Notes: generated by a model from the letters alone, not told the origin. A DNA stretch of 64,000 bases from Octopus sinensis (GCF_006345805.1 NC_043002.1:106206001-106270000); one strand, 5' to 3'; counted from the first letter of the stretch, positions 48,415 to 62,129 are shown. Program-made: numbers and translations.

Positions 48415-50456
48415 CAGTTGCGGCCAAAATGTTCAGAACGGCATTGTTTTCGTCAGAAAAGTAAATATATAGGCGCAGGAGTGGCTGTGTGGTAAGTAGC
48501 TTGCTTACCAACCACACGGTTCTGGGCTCAGTCTCACTGCGTGGCACCTTGGGTAAGTGTCTTGTACTATAGCCTCGGGACGACCAAAGCCTTGTGAGTG
48601 GATTTGGTAGACGGAAACTGAAAGAAGCCTGTCGTATATATATATGTATATATATGGGTTTTTGTGTTTATGTCCCCTCCCCCCAACATCGCTTGACAAC
48701 CGATGCTGGTATGTTTACGTCCCCGTTACTTAGCTGTTCGGCAAAAGAGACCGATAGAATAAGTACTAGGCTTACAAAGACTAAGTCCTGGGGTCGATTT
48801 TCTCGACTAAAAATGCGGTGCTCCAGCAAGGCCGCAGTCAAATGACTGAAACAAGTAAAAGAGTAAAAGAAAGAGTATAAGTTTTTATCAAAGTTGTTTT
48901 ATATTTTATAATTTTCACAGACAATAAATACGATATTATTTGTTATTGTCTGAGATTTTGGTGTATTTTGAGAGGTTAATACAAAAGTTATGGATGATAT
49001 AGTGATTTACTGCAAAACCCATGGCGGCCAAAATGATCAGAATGGTGAAAACATAACAAAATAATCAAAAATGACAGAGAATACTGGAATTATTTAATAT
49101 CTAGTGTGAAGCCCTTTAGCTTCAATCACACTTTGACATCTTCGACTGCATGAGGAAATTAAATTTTCAATTTCTTGCTGGGTGATCTTATTCCATTCTT
49201 CCTGAAGGGCATTCATTCCATAATTGCTCGGTTGTTTTAGGATTTCTGGCTTTCGAACGTTCTCCTAGAATATTCCACACATTTTCAATAGGATTGAGAT
49301 CTGGGCTTTGAGCAGGCCAATCCATAACAATAACCTTTTCAGCCTTGAGGAAGTTCATGACCACCTTAGCCTTGTGACATGGGGCATTGTCCTGCATGAA
49401 TATGGGTGGTCGCTTAGTTGAATTTCTCAGCACAGGCAAGACATGATCTTTTACAAGTTGCTTATAAACTCCTGCATTTACCTTTCCATGTTATCGCACC
49501 AAAGGGCCCACACCATCTCCAGATATCATCCCCTAAACCATGACACTTCCTCCACCGAATTTAACACTAGTCTCAAGGTATTTAGGCGACAATTTTTCAC
49601 CTACTTTTCGACGAACGTACCTTTTCCCATCTGAGCCAAATAACATAAACTTAGATTCATCTCTGAAATGCACCGTTTGCCATTTTTCTTGAGACCACAA
49701 CACATGTTCGGTTGCAAAGATAAGACGACACTTTTTATTCTTGGAGATGATCAGTGGCTTCACTGCAGGTGCTCTTGCTTGTAGGTCATGTTCAACTAAA
49801 CGACGAGACACAGTTTTTCGAGATAAAGTTTTCTTCAGTACAATGCTCATTTCCCGAGAAACAGCAGCGGCAGTTTTAAATCTGTCCTTTTTAACCAACT
49901 TTACCATAGCACGATCTTCTCTCTTGGTCGTTTTTCTAGGCCTACCTGTAGACTTTCTTGCTTCACACGAACTACAATCATCGTAGACCTTAAGAATACC
50001 GTGAACAACACTTTTTGACTTGTTAACAATCTTTGCAATAGACTCAATACTTAAATTATCCTTCTTTCGAAGCTTAATAACCTGCAGACGAATTGGTAAT
50101 GGAGTAAATGGCATTATATTAACAAAGTACACTGCAGATATTCTTACTAATGTTTAGTAAACGAACCGTCACGTAAACAAATTCAAAACATTAGAGTTCA
50201 CCGGTTAAATATACTAAAACATGGAGTAAAAGCAACCATTCTGATCATTTTGGCCGCCATGGGTTTTGCAGTAAATCACTAAATCATCCATAACTTTTGT
50301 ATTATCCTCTCAAATTACACTAAAATCTCAGACAATAACAAATAATATTGTATTTATCGTCTGTGAAAATTATAAAATATAAAACAACCTTGATAAAAAC
50401 TTATACCTACTTTTCTGACGAAAACAATGCCGTTCTGAACATTTTGGCCGCAGTTG
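48415..50456 (-). mobile_element. Tc1 (DD34E) transposon with long IR-DR termini, transposase frameshifted
   Basis: TA TSD at 48413-14 and 50457-58. ~225-bp TIRs. HTH, GRPRK, FRDESKF (49533-50132) and QDNAPCH-x-WPAQSPDLNPIE with D-x34-E (49188-49439). Confidence 0.92.
48472..48876 (+). mobile_element. SINE family 1 inserted in the Tc1 left TIR
   Basis: It interrupts gtcagaaaagta|taagttttt, which is contiguous in the right TIR. Confidence 0.9.
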
Positions 50457-50497
50457 TATATTGCTTTTGTGGCAATGGTGATCATGAGGCTACTGAC

Positions 50498-50641
<144 letters not shown>

Positions 50642-50944
50642 TTGTTGGTGGTGCTAGTGTGGATGTTAGTGTCGTGGTAGTAGTATTTTGCTGTTGTATC
50701 GCTCCGTCGAAAATCAGAACCATATACCACAAGCGGCTAGGATTCAAAAGCCAACGGCTTCCCGACATCTTGCAAAAGAAACAGAGAAATCCATATTGAG
50801 TGGATGGAAATGTCTTCAAGAAGCAGCCGGATATTCGACAATCTGTGATTGCAGACGAACCAACATGGCGGCAATGAACGTAACTAAGGCCTGCTGCATC
50901 AAACTCCTCCATCATTCACCAAATGCTAAGGACTTTTTTTTTAT

Positions 50945-51138
50945 TCTTTTACTTGTTTCAGTCATTTGACTGTGGCCATGCTGGAGCACCGCCTTTAGTC
51001 GAGCAAATCGACCCCAGAACTTATTCTTTGTAAGCCTAGTACTTATTCGATCGGTCACTTATGCCGAACCGCTAGGTTACGGGGACGTAAACACACCAGC
51101 ATCGTTGTCAAGAGATGTTGGGGGGAGAAACACAGACA

Positions 51139-51186
<48 letters not shown>

Positions 51187-51359
51187 TATATATATATATA
51201 CGACGAGCTTCTTTCAGTTTCCGTCTACCAAATCCACTCACAAGGCTTTGGTCGTCCCGAGGCTATAGTAGAAGTCACTTGCCCAAGGTGCCACGCAGTG
51301 AGACTGAACCCGGAACCATTTTGGTTGGTAAGCAAGCTACTTACCACACAGCCACTCCT
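50945..51359 (-). mobile_element. Full-length SINE family 1
   Basis: Same head, core and tail as the other copies. Confidence 0.9.
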
Positions 51360-52517
51360 ACGTTGAAATAGTTTCCATTGCACGAGTGGTGCTTCACTGT
51401 GGCTGTAACCTTCGGGCTGGAACTACTAAAAGAATACACACATACACACACACACGTGCACGCGCGCGCGCACACACACACACACACTCACGCACAAACA
51501 CATACGCTCGCACGTACACATTGAAAATAAAGACGCGATGATTATTGTTCGAATACATTTGACCCCATAGGGCCACTCAATCAGGGTTGAACCTGCGGTT
51601 AAAAACCCACCACCTCCACCACCACCACCACCACCACCATCAAAACTACCACCACCACCACTACCGCCACTACAGTTTTCTCTATCACACACTACACAAT
51701 ATCTCACCAGCTGTGCTATTCACTCCCAAAATATACACTACAATGTCACACACACGCGCGCACACACACGCACGCACGCACACACACACACGCACCTGTT
51801 TTCACTTCCTCACCACCCTCTCTCCCTTTCCCCACCATCTTGTGTGTGTTTCTCTCTATCATCGTCCTCTTTACCTCCTCTTCCTCCTCCTCCTCCTCTG
51901 CCGCCCATCTCTCTTTCACTATATCAGCTCTAACTCCTCTTCTCTTTCCTTTAAACTCTCCCTCCCACTCTCTCAACTCTATCACCCACTTACCCCCCTC
52001 TCTTTGCCCCACCCTCTCTGTCATTCTCTCTTCTCCTCTCTTATATCATCTAACACCCCCCTCTTTTTCACCTTTTACCACGACACTTCCTTCCCCTCCT
52101 CTCTCTACTCTGTTACATCAATCTCCCCCCCTTCCCCACCACACTCTTCCTCCTCCTTCTATGTATTCTGTTTCATGTCACACCTCTCTTCTCATTCTCC
52201 ACGCCCCCCTCTCTCACACGTTCTTTATCACTCTCCCCTTCCCTCCCACCTTCTCACACACCTGTGTACAATTTCCTCTATTTTTATCTTAGAATTTCTT
52301 GATTATTTTTTCCTGTGTATTGTGTGTGTAAATGTGTCTGTTCGTGTATATGCGTTACGTGTATGTATGTATGTATGTATGTATGTATGTATGTATGTAT
52401 GTATTATGTATGTATGTATGTATGTATGTATGTATGCGTGTATGTATGTATGCGTGTATGTGCGTATCTCTGTCAGTGTCTGTGTATGTGGACGTATTTT
52501 TTGTGCGTGCGAGTTTG

Positions 52518-52599
<82 letters not shown>

Positions 52600-52698
52600 A
52601 ATCTATCTATCTATCTAGTATTTATCTATCTATCTATCTATTTATCTATCTACCTACCTACCTACCTACCTACCTTTCTATCTATCTATCTACCTATC

Positions 52699-52779
<81 letters not shown>

Positions 52780-52878
52780 TTATCTATCTGTCTGACAGTC
52801 TGTCTGTCTATCTGTCTGTCTGCCTGCCTGTCTGTATGTATGTATGTACGGATGTCTGTATGTGCGTTTATCTCTCTG

Positions 52879-52913
<35 letters not shown>
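52518..52913. repeat. (TCTA)n-dominated compound tetranucleotide tract
   Basis: Directly visible. Confidence 0.95.
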
Positions 52914-52914
<1 letters not shown>

Positions 52915-54560
52915 AGCCCATGCCGTCCACCAGTACCTCCGTCGTGGGACGCTGGACAGACGGCCCGGTTGAGTTGCTCGGGGTCTGGTTCGGTCCGGAC
53001 CTCCAAATGGAGAAGAACTGGAACGAGATAACGAGTAGGGTGGTCACTCTCGCCCAGCAATGGGCCGAGAGGAAACTGTCCCTAAAAGGTCGGGCGGAGG
53101 TGGTGAACGCGTACATCGCGTCCATCATCTACTACCGCCTGACCGTCGTACCTTGTCCCGACCCTACCATCACCAAACTAGAACGCATCCTCTTCCGCTT
53201 CTTGTGGAAAGATGCGTCCCGATGGTCAGGCGATCCATTTGCTGTCAACACCGTTAAAAGGAGGGCTGGGCATGCCGTGGTTGATGATGCGCAGACACGC
53301 GCTGAGACTGCGACATCTCCGGCTCTATGTAGACGACGGTGAACAGGTGTGGTCGCCGTTTGTGAGGCACGCATTCCCGCAACTCGTCTCCATGACCGAA
53401 CTACAGTCGTGGATCAAAAAGAGGCCGAAGAAGGGCGAATGGCACCGCGAGTGTCGCTCGTTGCTCTCAAGCAACTCTGCCGTCCCGGGTCGACCTTGAG
53501 TGACTTCAACACAACCAAAGCATTCTATAGGGGATTAGTGGAGGGGAGGTACGACGACGAGCTCGGGGCAAACCTGGGCGTCGACGAGGAATACCTGACC
53601 CGCTTGTTTCAAACGACTTTCGGCTCGGGACCTATGGACAACTTCCAGAGATCCCTGGCCTGGCGGTGCTACCGAGAAGCGCTACCCGTTCGGGATAAGC
53701 TCTATAGGCATGGCTCGAGAAACACGGGGCCGACCTGCCCGAGATGCGGGCAGAGCGACGAAACCGTTCTGCACGCAATCGTGCAGTGTCCAGCAATTTC
53801 CCACCTGTGGGCTTATGTCGAACGACTGCTGTCACGTGTGGGACGTGTCGGTTTATCAGCCGAGTCTATCGTTAATATCGTCACGCCTCCTTCCTTCAAA
53901 CGGGAAGGAAGAGCTATTTTTATATCATACTTGTGGCTATGGCGAAAGAATGTATCTGGTGGACGCGTCTGAAAGGATTAGAGACAAACACTTTCCTCTC
54001 TGGTCAATCTCTCATCAACTTCTTCAAGTATCACTTGAAGAAAAAGTGAGAGTAGAGAGGCAAGTTTTGTCTAGTGAATGTTTTAAAAAAGATGGGTGAA
54101 TGTAGCAAGGATGGCACGTATGAATGACGAAGCCACCTTGACTATGATTCTATGAACCGTAAAAATTAATACAGAGTTGCTTATTTGCAAAAAAAAAAAA
54201 AAAAAGAAATATAACATGTGACTTCATTGACCGAGGTTACCGTGGTCTTTTCCGTAGGCTTTTCTTTCACGGTTAAACCTCACTGTCCTCCCCTTTACAC
54301 TTCATATTGACATTTCTGTGATAACGATCCCTATTGATCAATTTTTTCCTCTCCCTCTCCCCTTTTTTTTTAACCCCCCCTTTTTTTTGTCCTCTTTCTC
54401 TCCTTTTACGATCCCTTTTGATCGACTCCCCCCTTTTTTTTTATTATTTTTATTTTTATTTTTTATTTTTTATTTTTTTTTTTTTTTAAACCTTCAAAGA
54501 AAGCTCTACCTTGTAATTTGTTCTATCTGTGTGCAGCCCTGTGTGGCTAATAAAGAAACA
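52914..54560 (+). mobile_element. 5'-truncated Tx1-group LINE, second subfamily
   Basis: [32 protein letters not shown] is homologous to 38790-39280. Zinc knuckle TCPRCGQSDETVLHAIVQC. Pyrimidine-rich 3' UTR ending AATAAAGAAA. Confidence 0.9.
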
Positions 54561-54641
<81 letters not shown>

Positions 54642-54684
54642 GTCTGACAGTCTGTCTGTCTATCTGTCTGTCTGTCTGCCTGCC

Positions 54685-54719
<35 letters not shown>

Positions 54720-55091
54720 ATGTATGTATGTATGTCTGTATGTGCGTTTATCTCTCTGTCTATCTGTCTATCTGTCTGTCATCTATCTATCTATCGAGCT
54801 ACTTACCTACCTACTGTTGGTATGTGTGTATCTCTGCCTGTATGAATGTGCCCGCGTGTGAATGTATGTATGTGTGTGTCTGTGTATGAAAATGTTTGTG
54901 TGTGCGCACGAGAGTGAGTGAGAGAGAGAGAGAGAGAGAGAGAGTTTGGGAGTGTATGATATTTGTCCAGTAAGATTTAGACATTTTTAACATTCAACTT
55001 TCAGTGACGTCATCGGATGCCTAGAGTATGGTGGTGCTGGGGCGAGGCAGTATATTGCTTTTGTGGTAATAGTGATGGTGAGGGTATTGAT

Positions 55092-55130
<39 letters not shown>

Positions 55131-55939
55131 TAGTAGTAGTAGTAGTAGTAGTGGTGTTGGTGGTGCTGGTGTGGATGTTAGTGTAGTGGTAGTAGTATTT
55201 TGCTGTTGCTGTAATTGTGGTGTTAGTGGTATTTTATTGTTGTGGTAGCAATTCAGGACAAATACTGTTGTGGTATATGCGCATGAAGTTGTAGATGTTA
55301 TTGTTGCTATTGCACCCCCGAACAACCCTAACCCCACAGACTTTACGCCAGTAGTATATGACCCCATCCCTACAGTGATGTATCAAGGATGCTTGTGCCG
55401 CCTGGAGCAGCATTTGAGTTTTCCACCTTTCACCACCACGGACCCCCACCGAGCCTCAAAAGCCTTATGCAGCAAACCCAATGCATCGCCCCCCCCGCCT
55501 CTAACTAGCAACGCTACGGCATCGTCACTGCCAAAAGAGCTAAAGTCTCAGACACATTACATGTCGCCATTCTTCTTGTTTAGCTTACAAACCTGCCTCG
55601 ATTGTGCAAACCTATGATGATCAACCGATTCTTTTCTATATCTAGAACGACACTGTTCAGTGGCATCTTTTACTGTAATAGGAAAGGGAATTGAGTGAGA
55701 CTTGGGTGGTATTTCTAGCGCATTGAGAGACCATATAGACGCTCCTTCCATTTTACTTTATGTAGTTCCCTAATTAGATCATCATCCAACGGGAGAGAAC
55801 CATGGTGTGTATTCCAAGCAGCAGTGCAAGATCTTACATACACACACGCACACACATACACACACGCACACAGACATCTATATACCCATACAACCATATA
55901 CACAAAGATATATATATATATACATACATGCACACACAC

Positions 55940-56215
55940 ACACACACATACACATATATATATACATACATGCATATATAATAAATTAATAAATAAAATA
56001 AAACATATGCATATATACATGCATATATGTACGTACCTACTTCTACATGTATATATACATGCATATATGGGTACAGGACACCAAAAAAACGTCGAACACA
56101 ATGAGAAACGAAAACATAAACACAAAACCAAGGAAATGGACATTTTTCTTAAACAACGAAAAAATAGAGTACAGGACATACAATACAAGGAAAACTCCTC
56201 TTCTTCAGTCGCCTT
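55940..56215. mobile_element. PLE pLTR-like repeat (paralogue of 25990-26260)
   Basis: Direct sequence homology within the window. Confidence 0.55.
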
Positions 56216-56692
56216 TATATATATATATAAAACAAAAGAGTGGGTATATTTCCACACAGGAAAAAATATAGGTAAATTTGTTGAAAATGCACATAAATTT
56301 GAAAACCTTGTAATTGTTTAAAATAGATTTATTTACGTATATACCAACCTAATTTCAACAAAATCTTTTGTTTATCAATGGTAAAAGTTTAGAATTATGA
56401 ATGAGAAAAATATCTTTAAAAGTTTCAATGTTGACAAGTTTAAATGTTCATAACTGACAAATTTAGTATTATGAATAAGAAAAAACATGTTTGAAAATTT
56501 CGATGTTGAAAGTTTAAATGTTCATAACAGTCAATAATATTAAGACTGTGCATCAATTTGTTTGAATGTACAAAGCTCATCAGTGTTAATAATGATCGAC
56601 AAGAAATGAATATCATCAAAGTTTCAGTCATACTGAGTTAAGAGGGAAAAAAACAAGGGAGAAATTAAGATAGTGAAAAAAATGGTTTGGTT

Positions 56693-56736
<44 letters not shown>

Positions 56737-56845
56737 TTAATAATAAAAGACGGAGGAAAAGGACAACATGAAAAAACAACAACGCGTGGACGTGGTACAT
56801 GTAAAGTATTAATAAGGTGCTCAGAGAAGGAAAGAAAGAGTGGTT

Positions 56846-56880
56846 GTTTTACGTTTCGAGCAAAACGCTTCTTCGGAAAC
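56846..56880 (-). ncRNA. Minimal hammerhead relic
   Basis: GUUU-CCGAAGA-AGC..GCUC-GAAAC-GUA-AAAC. U4->C. Confidence 0.45.
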
Positions 56881-56999
56881 AGGAGACACAGGAAAGACCA
56901 AAAGAAAAGGAAGAAGAAGGAAAAAAATCGTCACCAGTCCACATATAACTTAGATAACTTAGATTGGTTTCGGCCCAGGTCATGACTAACTCAAAAGCA

Positions 57000-58680
57000 C
57001 CACCTGGAAAAGTCTTTTAGTTAATTATTTCGGGACACCATGGACCACTCAAGCAGAGAGTTGTTGTTGGTTAAGACGTATCCAAGTATAGGTGGTTTAT
57101 CCGGTATTTCCTGGAGGAATTTATCCAGATATCGTTTGAAAGTTGTGATGTCTTTTTTACTTTAATTGCTTTCGGGATAACATTGAAAAGAGCAGGACCA
57201 TTTGCAGTGAAGAAATTGTGTCACAATGTTCTTATGTGATGTGATCTCGACCTTTGTAGGGGACACATTGCACGGGGGCCTAGTCTTGGGTGAATTGTAA
57301 ACATAATACCGATATCATCTAGATAATATTTGTGGAATATTTTCCACATGGTGCAAATAATGAATCGCTCACGGCGGCGTTGCAGAGAACAGAGCTTCAG
57401 CTGTTTAAATCGAGCCCAATAATCAAGTCCTGTTATGCTATTTATCTTTTTAGTGATTGATCTTTGTAGCGCTTCGATCCTCATTATGTCTTGTTTTTTT
57501 TTGTAGAGGGACTACAGTGGACAGCAGTATTCGAGGTGGGGCCGAGCGAATGTGGAGAAGAGAAGGATGATGGTTTCATGATCCCTAGATTTAAAAAGTT
57601 CTGAGGATCCATGAGCACATTCTGCGGGCAACATCGACTTTTTTGTTGATGTTGCACACTCCAGCTAAGGTTGCCGTCGACAGTTACACCTAAGTCTCTG
57701 ATATTGTCTGACGGTTCAAGTAGGTCTTCCGACGGTAGTGTATATGGTTGTTTGAGTGTGCTCTCTTTTCCAAAGTGGTTGAGCTCAAATTTTGCTTCGT
57801 TCAACTGCATTTTGTTTTTGTTTTTTGTGCCCACTGAGTTACTGTAAATAGGTCTGATTGAAGTATCATTCGATCATATGCACCCTTAATGACTTTCTGG
57901 AGCTTAGAGTCATCTGCATATATTTTAATGGTGCTATATTCAATGGAATGTAAAATATGTAAAATTTCATTGATACAGACAAAAAAAAAAAAAAGAAGAG
58001 GATCCAGCACAGTACCCTGCGGGACTCCGCTGATGACGTTTGCCGGTCTTGAGTGGATGCTATCAATCACAACATGTTGGTTCCTGTTTGTTAGGAAATA
58101 CCTAATCCATTGAAGTAGCGTTCCACCGACTCCAGCGTTGGATAGTTTCCTTAACAGTGTATTATGGTCGACTCTGTAAAAGGCCTTGCTGAAATCAAGG
58201 CATGACATCGGTGTTGGAGCCCTCACTTAGTGCATTTAAGATGTCATCAAAGTGGTGGAGGAGCTGTGTTAGACAGTCCCTCCCACCACGAAAGCCATGC
58301 TGGTTGCAATTTAGAAGATGATTTTGCTCTAGGGAAGCTGTTATTCTTGATCTCAACACTCTCTCAAATGTTTTGATGATATGTGAGGTGAGTGAGTCTG
58401 GACGGTAGTTTACTGGGAGCAATTTATTCCCTTTTTTAAAGATAGGAACGACTGACTGGGAGAGAAGGTTTCGAGGAATAAAACCGGCATCCAGTGATTT
58501 CCTCCAGAGATTTGCAAGAGGAGCTGCAAGTTGCTGCCTTCAGTACTCTAGCAGGGAACCTGTCTGGACCCACCGCTGAATCAGGCTTGAATTCTTTTAT
58601 TGCTGCTAGGATATCAGTGGCGTCGAAGGTTATGTCGCAAAGGATATGTTGAGGATTCAAAGAAGCTTTGTCACACTTTG
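57000..58680 (-). mobile_element. Degenerate CR1-clade LINE RT region
   Basis: NYRP.SLTSHIIKTFER, LDFSKAF..VDH, SGVPQGTVL.PLLF, YADDSKL, RDLGV, SLQRRRER. Multiple frameshifts. Confidence 0.85.
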
Positions 58681-58825
58681 TGTCACGCTGAATCTCCCCG
58701 AGAACAACGTTAAGGGTTTACGTGTCTGTGGAGTGCTCAGCCACGTGCACGTTAATTTCACGAGCAAGCTGTTCCGTTGATCGGATCAACTGGAACCCTC
58801 GTCGTTGTAACTGACGGAGTGCCAC
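58680..58825 (-). repeat. Unclassified short interspersed repeat
   Basis: GC-richer block gtggcactccgtcagttacaacgacgagggttcc... between the CR1 remnant and (TA)n. Confidence 0.35.
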
Positions 58826-58876
58826 GATATGTATATATATATATATAATATATATATATGTATATATATATGTATA

Positions 58877-58917
<41 letters not shown>

Positions 58918-58922
58918 ATATA

Positions 58923-58957
<35 letters not shown>

Positions 58958-58989
58958 CAAACACACACATACATATATATATACATATA

Positions 58990-59220
58990 TGTTCAGCAAA
59001 ATTTAGATTCAGATGAATATGGTACTTAAGTTAAGGGCACCAGAATTTGGTGTGGTATTATCCATACAAATCAAATGGGGTGATTATAATAAAAATAAGC
59101 AACAAGGATATCCAAGGTAGTGTAGTACAATCGTTTCATGCTACTTCATTTAGTTAAACAATTAAGTATTACATCAGTTTTAAAAAGTAGAGCACTCTTC
59201 AGCCACATATAGAATTTTTT
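58990..59220 (-). mobile_element. Second copy of the 230-bp hammerhead-bearing repeat
   Basis: Homologous to 8463-8690. Confidence 0.7.
59121..59207 (-). ncRNA. Type I hammerhead ribozyme with intact catalytic core
   Basis: UGUGG-CUGAAGA-GUGCU...AGCAU-GAAAC-GAUU-GUA|CUACA. Stems I, II and III all pair. Confidence 0.7.
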
Positions 59221-59279
59221 ATTAAATAGACAATGTTCGTTTTTATACTCATTCCATTTTCCAACATTACAAAGAGGGT

Positions 59280-59326
<47 letters not shown>

Positions 59327-59334
59327 ATATATAT

Positions 59335-59560
59335 GTATCTACCCTCTTTGTAATGTTCGAACGGCGTCCATATTATCTTCACGAGGAACTGTTAACTCGA
59401 CCAGGTTTACTATTTTCTTTCTTGCACACCATATGACGATATCTTGCTTCTTCGTAACTGAAATGAGGAGGAATCCTTGGCACACTGGTAACTCTGCAGC
59501 CGCCTCCCAACAGCCATTCCGCTTTTCATCGTTCACAGGATCAAATAGTGATAGAAGCAG
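59335..59560 (-). mobile_element. Fragment of restriction-like endonuclease domain of an R2/NeSL-type non-LTR element
   Basis: KQDIVIWCARKKIVNLVELTVPREDNM resembles the PD..(x)n..ELTVP.E motif. Confidence 0.55.
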
Positions 59561-59656
59561 CATTAGTACCAAAAGGAAATATTTATCTTCCACTTTAAGT
59601 GGATGTTGTGCTATAGAAAGCGAGATACTGTGTTATTTAACATGAAAGAACTCGTG

Positions 59657-59706
<50 letters not shown>

Positions 59707-60248
59707 CATACATACACACATATGCGAAAGTGTTGTTGGAAACCACTAGAAAAATTGGGAATAAAGGTATCAAACGAAAACAAAAGCAAAGGCTTATACT
59801 TATATATCTATGATTCGTATTTTTTAAAAAAATCCCTTATCAAGAGAAGATAAGGACTGATGTTAATTGATAAGAGCAAGCATATGGAGATTGGGGTTAG
59901 GAACGAGTGCAGATGGGTAATGTTTACATGAACCAATTAATTTTTAAAAGTAAGGCCAACTTCTTTAATCTTTTCCCGTATTCCATCCTGCAGCTTTGAT
60001 GGTGACCGCAATGTCCTGGTTTCTTGACATCCTACCAGATGTTTTCTTACAGAAATATATATATATGTAAATGCGTTCTTTAATGCAGTTCTGCAGTTTA
60101 CAAACGCTGCAATAAATGTGAAATGCGTAATATGTATTACATGCGATATGCTACGTTACGCAAGCTCTAATCCCCATGAACATATGTCTACGTTGCGTGT
60201 ATGTATATGAATATGTGTGTGTGTGTGTGTGGTGTGTGTGTGTGTGTA

Positions 60249-60309
<61 letters not shown>

Positions 60310-61656
60310 TGTGTGGTAAAGGGAATAATAAATCCATGCAGTTATCTAGAAAGCAAACATTGTTAAGCGAACTTGGTTAACTATATCAAATAATCAGATA
60401 CCAATAAATTCAAAGGGAACCGAAATAATATCCATAATACATGAGCGTATACAAAAAGAATGTTCAAAAGAAATATAATACTCTAAGAAAAGCCAGTTTA
60501 GTATTTAAACTTATGACGACGTCAGCTGATAAGGAAAGAATAAAAAAATAGACATAGACATTCTACGCCATTTATACCTAACTATTTATATACTCTAAAA
60601 TATTTTGAAAAATTATGCTTATTAGATTATGTGAAAAGAAATTACAATTGAAGCGTTATTTACAATTGAAATATTTAAATACCATTTTTTATAGATAGGA
60701 ACATTTCAACGTAAGATTGTTTCTACAATTTAATAATTTTAATTTTGAAGTAATTATATAAAACTTTTCCATCAGGCAAAGACCACATTTAAAATTACCA
60801 GTATTGACTAACGGAGCATGACTAATAATGGATCACTTTATATTTCAGTCAATGTTACTGTTTTCAACTCCCAAATGCATTTACTAAGATTCGTAGAAAT
60901 ATATTTTCTTCTAAACTTAAGTGCAAATGGTTATGTAATGTCGATTTCCAAATTGTTGTAGAATAATATGTACGATCCCCTGCAATTACTTTACATTGAT
61001 ATATTATATTCTTCCTTAAACACTGACTTTTTAAAGGGCATATAATTTTGTTTTTAGAATTACAAAAGCTGTTTATTCACTCGTATGTAGCACTCATGGT
61101 CAAAGAAACTAGTACTAATTCTGCGATCAGAATAAGGTGTTAAACCGGAATTATAAGCAATATTATAATTAATGTTATTACTAGATATTATCTTGAAGGT
61201 CCTATAAATTTTATATTGGAATTACTTTCGACTAGTTCAGGAAAAGAGTTTATCTCATAATTGTCCCTTTCGGCTCTACTCGTGTTTACTAATTTTGAGT
61301 TGAGATATTGTCTAATTTTACGTCTGTTATGTGTTGCAATAATTTCAGCCAAATTCTTAGTTGGCTGAATAGGAAAATTTTACTCTATGGCGATTAAATA
61401 ATTTCCCATACTTACTTGAAGGCGTGAAATATTTATCTTGTGCGGCAAAGAATTCCGAGGAATATTAGTAGTGATGTAAGAAGTGAATGGTGTATTGTAT
61501 CAGATAATATTCCTTCATTTAGTCTTTCTATTATTTACATAGACTTTTTCGTAATATGAACATTATCAATATGTTTATAATTTTTAGATCCAAACTTAGA
61601 TATTCTTTTGCCACAATTCTTATGATTAAAGTTATTCATATCTATAGACCCCCTTC

Positions 61657-61800
<144 letters not shown>

Positions 61801-62129
61801 TAGTGTTTATACCAAGCATACTTTTTGTATTTACAGAGTACAAAATAGAAGAATATTATCTGGTATAATGCACTTTGGAAATTCTTTACTGCACTGGATA
61901 AACATTAACTTCTATTCAGTTGGTCGAACAACTGAATACTCATCGCCCAGAGCGACTGAGAATCAGCCCCTCACTACAATGGTTTATATTCTCTTTAGAT
62001 TAGGAACCTAGGTAAAGCTGTCAAAATTCATGATGAGTCTAATGCATTGTTTGTACACACATATTGTTGTTTATTTGTATTGCCCAGATAATGTTTCAAC
62101 ACCGGCTTACTTTCTTTTACTGTGTCGTC

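Noticed and set aside
49095-50132. Active Tc1 transposase gene
   Set aside because: Split across frames with a disrupted middle region and a SINE in one TIR. Non-functional copy.
55270-55751. ORFs 55270-55617 and neighbours as host exons
   Set aside because: No splice context or recognisable domain. More consistent with a decayed LINE end.
58680-58825. HDV-like ribozyme at the start of a GC-rich repeat
   Set aside because: I could pair candidate P1 and P4 but not a convincing P2/P3/P1.1 with a catalytic C. Needs a descriptor search.
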